A stretch of 64,000 nt of DNA from an uncultured Hormoscilla sp. (GTDB lineage: Bacteria > Cyanobacteriota > Cyanobacteriia > Cyanobacteriales > Desertifilaceae), in contig OZ001293.3 of NCBI GenBank assembly GCA_963921275.4, forward strand, positions 320,001-384,000. The letters run 5' to 3'. The notes beneath the pieces were generated by a model, which ran no database searches, was not told where the DNA came from, and saw nothing but the letters and a program-made list of their open reading frames with translations. Position numbers and translations under genes: made by a program. Shown here piece after piece: positions 9,951 to 20,669 of the stretch; positions within the stretch are counted from its first letter, which is position 1; each line of letters starts with the position of its first letter.

Positions 9951-11771
9951 TTAAACGGGGACAATCTCCACCTTGACTTTAACCCTTTCCTTGCTATCGG
10001 GCAACTTGACTGTCAAGACATCGGCGTCGAAGTCCCTGTAGGCTTTGCCATCTATTTCACAGGAGCCAATTTTGATGCTTCCTGCTGGCAGAATATCCGG
10101 CGACACCCGCAGGATCTTGTCTGGGAACCCTCCTGGTATCGGTTTGAAGTAAAAGGTCATCGGCTGTTTGGTTATCAGCAGGTTGGTATACACTGCCGCT
10201 AGATAGCACAACTCGGTGGAGTGATAACCACTCATGGAGTGAGAACCTTTGCCTCGTTCGTTTCCACCGGCGAGGAAGGGAATGCCGTTGGCCAAAACGT
10301 TGAAGTACACCCCGCCATCTTCTGTATCCAGGAACCAGGCATTGTAAAAAGCCGCTGATTCCCGAGCTAAACGGTGATATTTTGCGTTTTTCAGGGAGCC
10401 CGCTAGGATGTAGTAGGCCAGGATTCCCTGTTCTTGCTGCCACCAAGCTTTGCGATCGTGCCATACATGGCGGTAATGGCTTTGGCCTTCCCCCAGAAGC
10501 CGCTCCACTACATCATACCACCCGCCGCGCTGTTGGTCGCTCCCTGTAGCTGGCATGATCTCTGCTATTTTTTTCGCCAGGTTGACATACTTATCTTTGG
10601 GTTTCAGATGCTGCATCCGCATCAAGTTCCAGGCGATCTTCAGGTTGTGACCGACTACGGCTCGGTTTTGCTGCCACCCCCAGGTCTGGTCGGGACTCCA
10701 GTCCTGGTAAAACCTCTCATTCACAAAGGGACTGTTGTCGTAATCTGGAAAACGCCGTTCGATCGTGTCAAAGGTGTACTCCAGCATATCAGCGTATTGC
10801 TGCTTCCCAGTAGCCAACCACAGGTTAATCAGATAAGCTGGGGCATGGTCGCCCACGGAGTTCCAATTCTTTGTCCCCTTGTTGCGACCCAAGGACTCGC
10901 TGAGGGGGTCTAGCATCACCGGATCCAGATGGGAGAAGTACCCCCCATATTCGCTTTTGTCGAGAAAAAACTCCTGAAATAGCTCGATCGTCTTCTCCGT
11001 GTCCTCCATGATCTGGGGATCCCCAGTGACGCGATAGGTTTGGATCGGACCTGCTAGGGCGTATATTTGCTCGTAGGCGGGGATAGCGTCATAGTCATCC
11101 CCGAACTCTGAGGCGAAGATTTTCTGTTCCCGTTCTCCCTGCACGTCTATGCCGTGATACCAATAGACGATGTCTTCGTCTAGGTCCACAAACCGCATAT
11201 GTTCCCGCAGGTATTCGGTGCCTTTTTCCGCTGCTTCCAGGAACTTGTCTTCCCCCGTCATCATGAAAGCACTGGCAAACCCATAGACTAGGCGCGATAT
11301 CGTGTCCGTTTCTTGGCGAAAATTATCCATTGACCTGGCCCCTGAAAGACTCAGGTTGGTCCGATATTTCCGGTAGTCTATCTCTTCTTCGCCAAACTGG
11401 GCTTGCAGGTAAAACTTGGCTAGCGATCGCACCTGATCGATCCACCAAGAAGGTTTCTCGAAAATGTAATCATCTGCTGTGCGCCCCACGAACACAATTT
11501 GTCTGGCTTCAAATATGGGACTATCCGGGTAAAACACCCCATACACAAATAGATACCTACCCGGGACCAGCATCGATCGCATTTGTCCGGTGGCATCTGG
11601 GTAGGCTTCATCTAGATTCTGGATCAATTTAGCATAGGCTGTTGCCCCTATTTTTGCTTGGAACTCTCGACCATCAGATGTTTTGATGCCAAAATTTTCC
11701 GTCTGGGAGTCGTACTGCTGGGTAACGTACCCAGCGATCAGATCCGAAAAAGAAAATTCTACATTGCTATT
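9951..11771 (-). CDS. AGE-family (N-acylglucosamine 2-epimerase-like) protein; start unresolved
   Basis: VGHNLKIAWNL, KAWWQQEQ and MSGYHSTEL; frame stays open upstream of 11627 (SNVEFSFSDLIAGYV) into the end of the DJ-1 gene with no ATG. Confidence 0.8.
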   Translation of the reverse strand, partial: NSNVEFSFSDLIAGYVTQQYDSQTENFGIKTSDGREFQAKIGATAYAKLIQNLDEAYPDATGQMRSMLVPGRYLFVYGVFYPDSPIFEARQIVFVGRTADDYIFEKPSWWIDQVRSLAKFYLQAQFGEEEIDYRKYRTNLSLSGARSMDNFRQETDTISRLVYGFASAFMMTGEDKFLEAAEKGTEYLREHMRFVDLDEDIVYWYHGIDVQGEREQKIFASEFGDDYDAIPAYEQIYALAGPIQTYRVTGDPQIMEDTEKTIELFQEFFLDKSEYGGYFSHLDPVMLDPLSESLGRNKGTKNWNSVGDHAPAYLINLWLATGKQQYADMLEYTFDTIERRFPDYDNSPFVNERFYQDWSPDQTWGWQQNRAVVGHNLKIAWNLMRMQHLKPKDKYVNLAKKIAEIMPATGSDQQRGGWYDVVERLLGEGQSHYRHVWHDRKAWWQQEQGILAYYILAGSLKNAKYHRLARESAAFYNAWFLDTEDGGVYFNVLANGIPFLAGGNERGKGSHSMSGYHSTELCYLAAVYTNLLITKQPMTFYFKPIPGGFPDKILRVSPDILPAGSIKIGSCEIDGKAYRDFDADVLTVKLPDSKERVKVKVEIVPV

Positions 11772-12358
11772 TTTTTTTCCAGTTCCCTCAAGAAAACCTG
11801 CATAAATTCCTCGACTACCCCTGGGTGACGCCCTGATATCAGACCCCCGTCAACATAGGTTGACGCGGTTTCGGCCTTTTCATACATGACCGTCCCCCCA
11901 GCATTTTCCACATCGCATAGGATGTTGTGGGCGCAGGTTACTTTCCGACCTTTAATCAGTTCTGGATCTGCGCAAAATAGCCACATACTATGGCAAATTG
12001 TCCCGATCTTGAGTTCCTCTGCATCCATTGCTTTGACCGCTTTGCGGAGAAATTCTACTGCTGGCGACTGGTTGGGCTGACCGGGTTGCACCTGCACTTG
12101 ATAGCGCAGCCGATCCATCGCATAACCGCCGATCAGGATCAAGCCTTTGTAAGCAGATAAATCTACATCTTGGAAATCTTTCGTAACTGTGACTTCTTCT
12201 TCGTGGTCGTTTCCCTTGAAAGTGAGGCTGGGCTGATTCCAAAGATTGGAAATATATTCTACTTCGTATCCATTCTCCGGGAAAAATTCTCCAAATCTGC
12301 GATATTCTGTTTCATCAAAATGTTCCTCAACGATTACGCCGATTTTGCCTTTTTTCAC
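11759..12358 (-). CDS. DJ-1/PfpI family protein
   Basis: FDETE, LILIGG and TICHS nucleophile elbow. Confidence 0.88.
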   Translation of the reverse strand: MKKGKIGVIVEEHFDETEYRRFGEFFPENGYEVEYISNLWNQPSLTFKGNDHEEEVTVTKDFQDVDLSAYKGLILIGGYAMDRLRYQVQVQPGQPNQSPAVEFLRKAVKAMDAEELKIGTICHSMWLFCADPELIKGRKVTCAHNILCDVENAGGTVMYEKAETASTYVDGGLISGRHPGVVEEFMQVFLRELEKKIAM

Positions 12359-12749
12359 TGCTCATCTCGTTATCACTCCGCCAAGGTCATCTACTGTCAG
12401 TTGTTTGTTGTCAGTTGTTTGTTGTCAGTTGTCACCGCATGGCTACACGCGCTATCGCTATGGGAGCATCTCAATTTTGTCAAGGATAAAAATTTATCCT
12501 CTTCTATCTCCGTCATCTCCATCATTTCTGTCATCTACACCAAAAATGAGTACACAGGTTGGGTTTCGTGCCTCTACCCAACCTACGGACTGCCAAAAAT
12601 GAGATGCACCCCACACGCTAACACGATCGCGTAGCGATCGGCAATGTTGCCAGAATTCTTTGCCTGTAATTTCCTTTCTTCCCTGTCAGCCCGCCGGGGG
12701 GTTAACCTCTCGCGTCATAGCTCAAGTCAGTTAAAACTCAGATCTTGCA

Positions 12750-13028
12750 GGGTGTGGTCAAAACCCGTTGATCGTTCATGGGTCTTCCCAGTCGCCGGAT
12801 CCCCCCAAACCCCCCTGGGTTGGGTGTGGTCAAAAGTAGTTGATAGCCAGGTGCAGGCTCCCGGACCCCCCCGCTGCCCGGATACATGTATATAGCCCGC
12901 GCAGGCGGGCTTTGTTCGTGTAGCCGGGCCCTTTAGGGTGAGGGCTACTCCGTCTCCTACCAACGGGTTTTGACCACACCCCCCTGGGTTTGGGGGGGAT
13001 CCCGTTGCAACTACTTTTGACCACACCC
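12750..13028. mobile_element. MITE, 279 bp, with a 9-bp target duplication
   Basis: TIR GGGTGTGGTCAAAA/TTTTGACCACACCC; GATCTTGCA at 12741-12749 and 13029-13037. Confidence 0.85.
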
Positions 13029-13212
13029 GATCTTGCACCATTCGCAACTAGAGGCGGAGCCTCGATAGCGCGTTCCCAGGCGGAGCCAGGGAACGAGGGT
13101 AAAACGCTTTCTATATAATGCTTTTAGTGGGTTTTAACCCACTTTAGCTATTAGCCGTGGGTTTGAACCCACGGCGGGCCAGGAGACCAATTGAGAATGG
13201 TGCAAGATCTCA
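13029..13212. mobile_element. MITE-like element with TIR AGATCTTGCACCATTC (relatives at about 35396-35460 and 37015-37150)
   Basis: Inverted ends GATCTTGCACCATTC/GAATGGTGCAAGATC; shared internal sequence with the 37 kb copy. Confidence 0.7.
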
Positions 13213-13291
13213 ATTAAAACAGACTCTTGAGATGCTGTTAAACTAATTATAGCATTGTTTTGACAAAATGCTATAATTCAGATTTTTTTCC

Positions 13292-13858
13292 TCAAGTAGT
13301 AATCAGCTTCAGCAACTCTTCGGAAGCAAAGACATCCCGGTATAAAGTCAGCTGTTCCGTTTTCAAGTAGCATCCCCCACGGTGTCCCCGACGCACCCAG
13401 GTAACATTTCCCTTAGCAATGGTTTCGTTCGTCTCGTCGTCCACACTTTTCCATTCAAAGTAAGTATGTTCTCCATAAAACATGACGATCGGCCAGCACA
13501 TGGTCACCCCTGGTTGGGAGATCAACGCCCACCAATGCTTTTCCCGCTCTTTTTGTTCTTCCAAGCCTTGATAAGATCCGTCCTGGCAGAAATAAACCAG
13601 ATTCTCGTGATATTCTGCTGTTAAAATATCTCCCCGTCTCTGGCGCAAAGCTTCGCAATGGGTAGGCCACCATTCCTTGTTCTCTTTTTCAATTTGTTCC
13701 AGGGTGTAATCTGGACCGATCGCTGGCAGAGTAGCTTCTTTCATGGCTACTATTTTTTCGCCCTGGGCGATCAGTGCTTTAGCTTTTTCCGGACTCACGA
13801 GACCCGGGCGGGAATAATCTGCTGACAAATATTTGTAGTAATTGGTACGCTTTTTCAT
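13292..13858 (-). CDS. Hypothetical protein, possibly NTF2/SnoaL-like
   Basis: 188-aa ORF co-oriented with the cluster; fold is a guess from sequence pattern. Confidence 0.65.
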   Translation of the reverse strand: MKKRTNYYKYLSADYSRPGLVSPEKAKALIAQGEKIVAMKEATLPAIGPDYTLEQIEKENKEWWPTHCEALRQRRGDILTAEYHENLVYFCQDGSYQGLEEQKEREKHWWALISQPGVTMCWPIVMFYGEHTYFEWKSVDDETNETIAKGNVTWVRRGHRGGCYLKTEQLTLYRDVFASEELLKLITT

Positions 13859-13906
13859 TTGTTTGGTCTAGCTTAGTTTAAAATGGGCAAAGGGCGATCA
13901 CAAGCT

Positions 13907-14290
13907 TCAGGCTGACGGACCCAGGATTTCATTCAGTGCGCCAAAGCAACCTGCAGCTTTGTTAAAGCTTGCATAGACGCACGTGAACAGCAACAATTCT
14001 TCAATTTCCTCGCGAGTAGCACCTTGTTTCATCGCCATATTCACGTGGGCCCCAAATGGGTTTCCCGGTCCCACGTGATCTTGATTTACCACATCTATGG
14101 CGATCGTGATTAGCGCCTTAGTTTTTTGGTCGATTAACGGCCGACCCCAGGCTTCCCCTGCTACGCGGGTACAAAAGTCTCCAAACTTGGGGTTGATGCT
14201 ATTCAATCCCGCTTGCAGCTCTTGATCGTCTAAAACCGCATTTTTGTACACTGCTTTTTCTCCTTGTGAGCGATCGATCGTGTCCTGCAA
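13907..14290 (-). CDS. Carboxymuconolactone decarboxylase (CMD/AhpD) family protein
   Basis: WGRPLIDQKTKALITIA and HVNMAMKQGATREEIEE. Confidence 0.85.
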   Translation of the reverse strand: MQDTIDRSQGEKAVYKNAVLDDQELQAGLNSINPKFGDFCTRVAGEAWGRPLIDQKTKALITIAIDVVNQDHVGPGNPFGAHVNMAMKQGATREEIEELLLFTCVYASFNKAAGCFGALNEILGPSA

Positions 14291-14404
14291 CTCACCTTTC
14301 TATCTTAACTTGCATTCTCCCCTCCATTCCAGATTTTTTTCAGATTTTCAGCAAATTTTAATCTTTTTATCATCTATCAGCTTCGTCGAAAAAGCCCAAA
14401 TCGG

Positions 14405-15787
14405 CTAACTTAAAAAGTATTCGCTGGGAACGAAATTAAGTGCCTGACCGTTTAATTGCGAAAACTCAATGAAGACATCCATAAATTCTCCTGTTATGCC
14501 GTCAAAACGGAGAACGCTACTCGTTCCGGTGCTGCTGACGTACAGATTGCCATCGGGTCCGAATCCCATGCCCCTGGGAGCGCTCAACCTGGGCTGTCCC
14601 CGTTCGTCAACTCCTCCATCCAGAACATTTAATAGTTCCCCAGTCATAATATCATAGATGCGAACCGTCCCCACTGAATCGGCAGAACCAAAGGGAAATT
14701 CGCTACTGACGTAGAGATTGCCATCCAGTCCGCTAATCACATCTAAGGGACTCAATTGAGGATCGGTGACAAAATTCGGATTGAGAACCTGCCCCGTGAT
14801 GCCATCAAATTGGACGATCGAGCCACCGCCGCTGCCGGTTGCCGGATCGGCACCATTCCCCAAGTATAAGTTGCCATCCGAGCCAAACACAAAGCCTCTG
14901 GGAAAGTTAGCCACGCCGTCGGGAATAAACTGGTCGATAAAGGCTCCTGTCTCGCCGTCAAAGCGCAAAATTGTCCTCAAAGAGCGCGCTCCAGCATAGT
15001 AATTGCCATCGGGACCGAAGACCCCTCCCCCGGCATTCAAATCGGGAAATTCGATGAAGGTTTCAATAAAATCTCCAGACTCGGCATCGAACAGAAGGGT
15101 ATCATCATTCCCCCCGTTGATGAGAACGCTGTTTGGCGTGGGGAATACCGACAGGATATCAGTTGGATCCGTTGGGGTGGTTAAGACAATGTCTCTCGGA
15201 TCGATGAGGTCGCCACCATCGGGAAATTCGGCAATGAACGAACCGGTGAGTCCATCAAAGCGCAAGGCAGCGCTATTGCCGTTATTGGCGGCACTGGTGA
15301 CCACCACATCAAATGTCGTTCCCAGAAAGTCTGGGGCCGGGAGTCGTCCCTCTTGAATGCCAAATGTAACAAAATGCTCGAAGGCCGTAAGCTCACCCGC
15401 CTGGACGGCAGCGGCAACATCGGGATTTTGTTCGAGATACAGATTGGTATCAAATTGGGCGATCGGATTGCGTCCTTCAAATTTGCCAAATTTGATAAAG
15501 TGGTCAATAGCGGTAATCTGACCATCTCGGACAGCGGCAGCGACATCTGGGTTTTGCTGAAGGTAGAGGTCGGTCTCAAAGAAGCTGCTGGGGTCCCGTC
15601 CTTCAAATTGACCAAATTGAATAAAGTGGTCGAGGGCAGTAATTTGACCCGCTGCCACAGCAGCAGGGACATCTGGGTTGCGGTCTAGATAAAAGTTTTC
15701 GTCGAAAGAAAATTTGTGCGATATTCAGCATCGATTCTGTGATTGATTGTGGTTAGTATCGATCGTTTCGGGATTCAGGTTCATCAT
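14405..15787 (-). CDS. Surface-type protein with FD...YL..NPDVAAAV repeats and a C-terminal beta-propeller; 5' end disrupted
   Basis: Three NPDVAAAV-type repeats and repeated FGPDGNLYV blades; in-frame TGA near 15725 upstream of the first repeat. Confidence 0.7.
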
Positions 15788-15824
15788 CTGACAATGTACA
15801 ATGCCCCAATGAACCAGTCCGAAC

Positions 15825-16193
15825 TTAAAATTCGGGGTGTTCCATTGGCTCGATCAGCTCATAAGTTACCCCCCTAATGTCGTAAATTCTGATCTTGGGT
15901 TCCCCATCGACAATTTCATTAAATCTTGACAACAAAGCCTGGGTATAAGGCTGGGCTAAATGTGATGCGAGAGCTTCTTCACTTTGCCATTCCTCGAAGT
16001 AGATAAAGGAATTTGGCTCGCTTGATTCCTCGTAGAAGCTATAACTAATGTTTCCTGGTTCTTTCCTGGTCGGTTCTAAAGTTGCCGTGGCCAGCCTTAA
16101 AAATAGCTCCCGTTTGGACGGTTTTACCCGAAATCTTGCCGACAGCACGAGGGGAACAGAGACCATTTGAGTCTCCTCCATCACTTCTGACAT
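15825..16193 (-). CDS. Putative quinol monooxygenase (ABM domain)
   Basis: TRKEPGNISYSFY...FIYFEEWQSEEALASHL. Confidence 0.85.
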   Translation of the reverse strand: MSEVMEETQMVSVPLVLSARFRVKPSKRELFLRLATATLEPTRKEPGNISYSFYEESSEPNSFIYFEEWQSEEALASHLAQPYTQALLSRFNEIVDGEPKIRIYDIRGVTYELIEPMEHPEF

Positions 16194-16533
16194 CGCTTCG
16201 GTGGTTCTTTGGGGAGGCTTTTGGCTTTTAATCTCTTATTCACATCCGGTGCTAGATATGGCAAGCACCAGTAGCAACAAAGAAAATGCCTTTCTGATTT
16301 TTCCGGAACGGTGGGACTGGCCCAAATGGTTTATGTATTGCATTTGACTGTCAGTAGGGAATTTCGCCTTCATCGTATAATTGCTTATCGCCGGTGCGAT
16401 AGCGACTCGCGGACATGGCTGACCAGCGTAGCGCTATCGGACCGAAACTGGCTGACAATTCCTATTGTCGAGCAACTGCTAGGATAAAGCAAGGTGATTT
16501 TTCCGATTGGTCTGATAGATTTCGTCTATAACA

Positions 16534-17397
16534 ATGGATCTGTATCAAATTCGGTATTTTGTGACGATCGCTCAAACCGGTAACTTCACGAAGGCTGCCG
16601 AACGGCTGTTCGTGTCCCAACCGTCCCTGTCAGCAGGGATCAAAAAGCTGGGACGGGAACTGGGGGTGATGCTATTTGAGCACGGCGGGCGACGGGTACG
16701 GCTGACGCCTGCCGGTCGGTTCCTCCTAGCCAAGGCTGAGGCCATGCTCAAAGACTACCAATTTATGTTACAGGATATACAGAAATTCAAAGAGCAACCG
16801 ACCCTGAGATTGGTAACTCTGCATACCCTGCGGGGCTGCGACTTGGCTCAGTTAATGGGCGCTTTTCGTTCAAAACATGGGAATGTGGCCATTGAGCCGT
16901 ATAGCGGCAGCCTAGAAAACCTGGAAGACTGGCTAGACGGTGGCGATATTGACCTGACCATCACCTGGCTGAGGGCTGATGAGACCAAAACCTCTTTATT
17001 TCTGTTTTCCCAACAGCTCATGCTGGCTGTCTTCCCGTCTCATCCCTTTGCTCAACGCAGCACTGTTCCTTTGATGGACTTAAATGGCCAACCCTATATC
17101 GAGCGTATCCATTGTGAATTTTTGCAAACTGGCCCTCATCTGTTAGAATCGGCTGGGGTTGAGCCCCATATTGTTTATTCAGCTAACAGTGAAGAATGGG
17201 TAATATCTCTGATTAAAGCTAGCTTAGGCATGAGCATTATGCCCAAATGGCGGCAACTTTCTAATCTGATCTATGTCCCGATCGACAATCTGAGTATAGC
17301 ACGCACCATTGGCTTAAAATGGAGAAATAATCATACCTCGGAGGCTGTCGAATGGTTTCGGATATTTGCTTCTAACTATGCTTGGCAAGTTCAATAG
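16534..17397 (+). CDS. LysR family transcriptional regulator
   Basis: GNFTKAAERLFVSQPSLSAGIKKL helix-turn-helix. Confidence 0.93.
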   Translation: MDLYQIRYFVTIAQTGNFTKAAERLFVSQPSLSAGIKKLGRELGVMLFEHGGRRVRLTPAGRFLLAKAEAMLKDYQFMLQDIQKFKEQPTLRLVTLHTLRGCDLAQLMGAFRSKHGNVAIEPYSGSLENLEDWLDGGDIDLTITWLRADETKTSLFLFSQQLMLAVFPSHPFAQRSTVPLMDLNGQPYIERIHCEFLQTGPHLLESAGVEPHIVYSANSEEWVISLIKASLGMSIMPKWRQLSNLIYVPIDNLSIARTIGLKWRNNHTSEAVEWFRIFASNYAWQVQ

Positions 17398-17566
17398 AAT
17401 TGAAAATGGAGAATTGAGAATTGAGATTAGCAAGCCCACAATTAATGGTAGGGGCACGGCATCAGTAGATGAGCGGGATAAACGATCGTAATTGTGTAAT
17501 TGCCGTGCCCCGGAGCGCAACCCCGCAATTAGCAATTAGCAAAAATTACCAAATTAAGAGGTGGCC

Positions 17567-17857
17567 ATGACTACTACAAAGGGAATCACAATTCAAATCG
17601 ATCGTCAACCGAGTCCAGAACGCCTGCAAGAGTTGGGTGTATATAGCTGGCCGATTTGGACGAAAGAAGTTTCGGAATTTCCCTGGACTTATGGGGAACA
17701 GGAAACCTGCTATTTGCTAGCAGGGGAGGTGATTGTTACGCCGGATGGGGGCGAACCCGTTCAATTTGGCCAGGGGGACTTGGTGATTTTCCCTGCTGGC
17801 ATGTCTTGCACTTGGAAGATTTTACAAGATGTGAAAAAGCATTATCAATTTGGATGA
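17567..17857 (+). CDS. Cupin (DUF861-like) protein
   Basis: WPIWTKEVSEFPWTY, ETCYLLAG and GDLVIFPAG. Confidence 0.88.
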   Translation: MTTTKGITIQIDRQPSPERLQELGVYSWPIWTKEVSEFPWTYGEQETCYLLAGEVIVTPDGGEPVQFGQGDLVIFPAGMSCTWKILQDVKKHYQFG

Positions 17858-18253
17858 TTGTTGCTTGTTTGGGGTTCGTAATGGCAGCAGTAGGAACAGG
17901 GACCGCTGGGATTAACTGCACAAAGCAAAAAGGCGGAATTGGCAAAATATTTGCAGTTGGTTCTTTTGGCCGGACCCTGCTGCGATCGCATGGATATGCG
18001 TTGCTCGTAATGGGTTATCATACGCCTAATGCGAGCGTGGGAGAGCAGGCGCATTCTCTTCATGCCGATAGTTCGTAGTTCGTAGTTCGTAGTTAGTTTT
18101 GGTGCTCTCGTTCGGAGAGGAGGGTTTCAGCATTTTTGCTGGTAGGGCGAGAATATGCAGTTTAGATGCAGGACAGCTTAATATCGAGATGGTTAATGTG
18201 GTTTGGTGGTGTATCTGTATTATAGGCTATGTCCCGATCGATCGCAGGGGTAG

Positions 18254-18832
18254 CTAGGCTTGAGAGCCACTTTCTCCGGTCATGACCGCAGCACCGATCA
18301 AATGGGCAATCCTCAAGGCTTCTAGTACTTTACCACAGTCTGTCAGGTTTGCCAAGACTCTCCCGATCGCATCTGGGTCATCGGCGCCGCAGACTTGAAA
18401 GAAAAAGGGTGGATAGGCATGAATCTTACCAGCGCGCTGCAACAGGGAAAGACGTTTTTCAGGATCTGGTAAGTGACGCAAAGCTCGTTCCATTGCTGCG
18501 AGATCTGGTTGACGCCGCATGACGGCGACGCAGGGGAGTTGCAGTCGGGATGCGAGGGTGGGTAAATCTACAAGATTGAAACCGCCAAACCCAATACCAT
18601 CCAGTAATACTATATATAATTGTGGCAAGAATTTGCTACCAATGAGTAAATTGCAGATGGCGTCCCATCCATCTTGCTGCACTTGTCCCCATACCATCCC
18701 TTCAAAGCGAGTCCCGCCACAGACTACTCCGGTAATGAATACTTTTTCCCTAGTATGGCGCACAAATGGGGCATCGTCAAACCCGATCGCCCGAATAACT
18801 CGACCCAGTCTCACTAAAGATTCCAGTTTCAT
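18254..18832 (-). CDS. DUF99 family protein
   Basis: IGFDDAPF, LLDGIGFGGFN and EALRIAHL. Confidence 0.82.
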   Translation of the reverse strand: MKLESLVRLGRVIRAIGFDDAPFVRHTREKVFITGVVCGGTRFEGMVWGQVQQDGWDAICNLLIGSKFLPQLYIVLLDGIGFGGFNLVDLPTLASRLQLPCVAVMRRQPDLAAMERALRHLPDPEKRLSLLQRAGKIHAYPPFFFQVCGADDPDAIGRVLANLTDCGKVLEALRIAHLIGAAVMTGESGSQA

Positions 18833-18954
18833 CGTACCTCCGGGAGTTACGTAGGAAGGACGGGCGGATCGTCGCCTGTTCGCGTAGGGCTTGTCCGCGC
18901 CTGGAAAGCACGCTAGCGCTGACGCACGCTACGCTGCTACGCGAAACGTGCTTA

Positions 18955-19152
18955 CTACAAACGGCCCGATCGATTGTTTTGTAGCCTAGTTCTGCGGCTT
19001 CGTTGATTATAATCATCCAGTATAGCGATCCCCTCTTCAAATTGCAAGCCCAGTTCTGCCATTTTCAGGCGAGTGCGACGCAAATTAGCAAGTAGTCGCT
19101 TATCTACTGCTATATCTAACATATAGAGTTGGTTGTTCATAGGTGACTCCAT
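18955..19152 (-). CDS. Small hypothetical protein
   Basis: 65-aa helical-looking ORF; 3' end runs into a repeat. Confidence 0.4.
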   Translation of the reverse strand: MESPMNNQLYMLDIAVDKRLLANLRRTRLKMAELGLQFEEGIAILDDYNQRSRRTRLQNNRSGRL

Positions 19153-19212
19153 GCATTAGTAGTCCATAAACCTGGTTTCTTAATTTAAGCATCGATCGCG
19201 GCTATCGGGCAA

Positions 19213-20112
19213 TTAATCTTGTTTCAACTTTTGCACCTCCTCAAGGCTGAGTCCTGTCGTTTGACTAATCGTTTCTTCATTTAAAACATCAATCAGTCGC
19301 TTAGCGATTTCCACTTGAGATTCTTTCATTCCAAGTTCGTGACCTTCTTCAAGTCCTAGTTTGCGACCTTCTTCGAGTCCAAGTTCGCGACCAACTTTTT
19401 CCGCCTTTTTCACCGCATTACGCTGGTCATGGATATAGATTTCCCGTTTTTCCAAATCTTCCAATTCTGACGGCTGCATGGTTGCTATACTAGCAATCTC
19501 AAAAGCTTTCTTGATTTCTGGCACTTCCGACATTGTCCCGGGCACTGTTTGCAAAGTCCTGGCACTTTTGAGAAAATAAAGCCATTTATCGGTTATCGTC
19601 TCCAAATTTTCCAATTCTTTCTCAAAGTTTGGCAATTACACAAACACCAACTCAATGTCGTCAACCATATAATCACTCAGAAAGTTCTTGTCTTTCAATA
19701 CCAATTTAGAAATGACATTTTCCCATTCCGTAAACATTTTAAAATCCGTAATCGTCAAAGCTATTACCGGGTTCAGCAGCGTATAATCTTCTCCAGCATC
19801 CAGTTGAATGGAATAAGCTTTAGCCGCATTGTATAAAATCCGCTTCTCAAAACCCTCTACATTCAACACCTGCATCTCGATAATCACTTTTTTGTTATCG
19901 GCCAACTGAGCTTTTACATCCAAGTACGTATCTTTGAGTCCGCGAAGTCGGGGAGCCTGATATGGGTTAATGATGGTCAAATCAGAGATCGTCTCTTTTC
20001 CCTCATAGATGATAGCATTTAAGAAGCTAATCAGAATTTCCTTACTTTGCTCGGAGCCAAAGATTTTCTTAAAGGCGAAATCTGTTTTGGGATTAATAAA
20101 CTTAATCTTCAT
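19213..20112 (-). pseudogene. Rpn/PD-(D/E)XK recombination-promoting nuclease with a premature stop
   Basis: FINPKTDFAFKKIFG and IIEMQ; in-frame TAA at 19636-19638 where FVELP is expected. Confidence 0.9.
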
Positions 20113-20184
20113 TTAATCTCTCTCACGCTATTCTATTGCTAGTATAACATAATTGGTGGGCATTGCCCACCAGACCTGCTGGAA

Positions 20185-20406
20185 ATGTCAGAGGAAATCA
20201 AAATGTCAGAAAGAAAGCCCGAAGAGAACCGGAAACTGCTGGAAACATGGCGGTTAACAATAGAGGTGGCTAACCACAATAATATTTTCTGCCACTGTCG
20301 CAGTTGTGGCTATGAATGGGTAGATTCTTCGGAAGATGCTATCTGTAGTAACTGTGGCAGCAAGTCTGTCCACAAGATCTTGTGCTAGCAGTTCCCAGAT
20401 GATTGA
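20185..20406 (+). pseudogene. Small Cys-rich (zinc-ribbon-like) protein with a probable late nonsense codon
   Basis: CHCRSCG...CSNCG; TAG at 20386 followed in frame by QFPDD*. Confidence 0.55.
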
Positions 20407-20669
20407 GTTATCATCGGAGTAGAGGGAATGGTTGGTTGCCAATACCCGCTCAGGAGGCTGGCTGGACTGAGCGCGATCGCCCCCATGAAACTCAGACCTA
20501 GAGCTCCTATCCCACTGGGGCAGGGGGTGCAGTGATCCCAGTCACTCCCACTTCATAATGTGCGATCGCAGATAAGACTGACAAAGATCACAAAGGATCG
20601 GGGTAAGAATCACGGTAGTCCCAGGAATGAGAGCAGATACTTGAGGGGTAGAGTTGGGCAAGACCGAAA

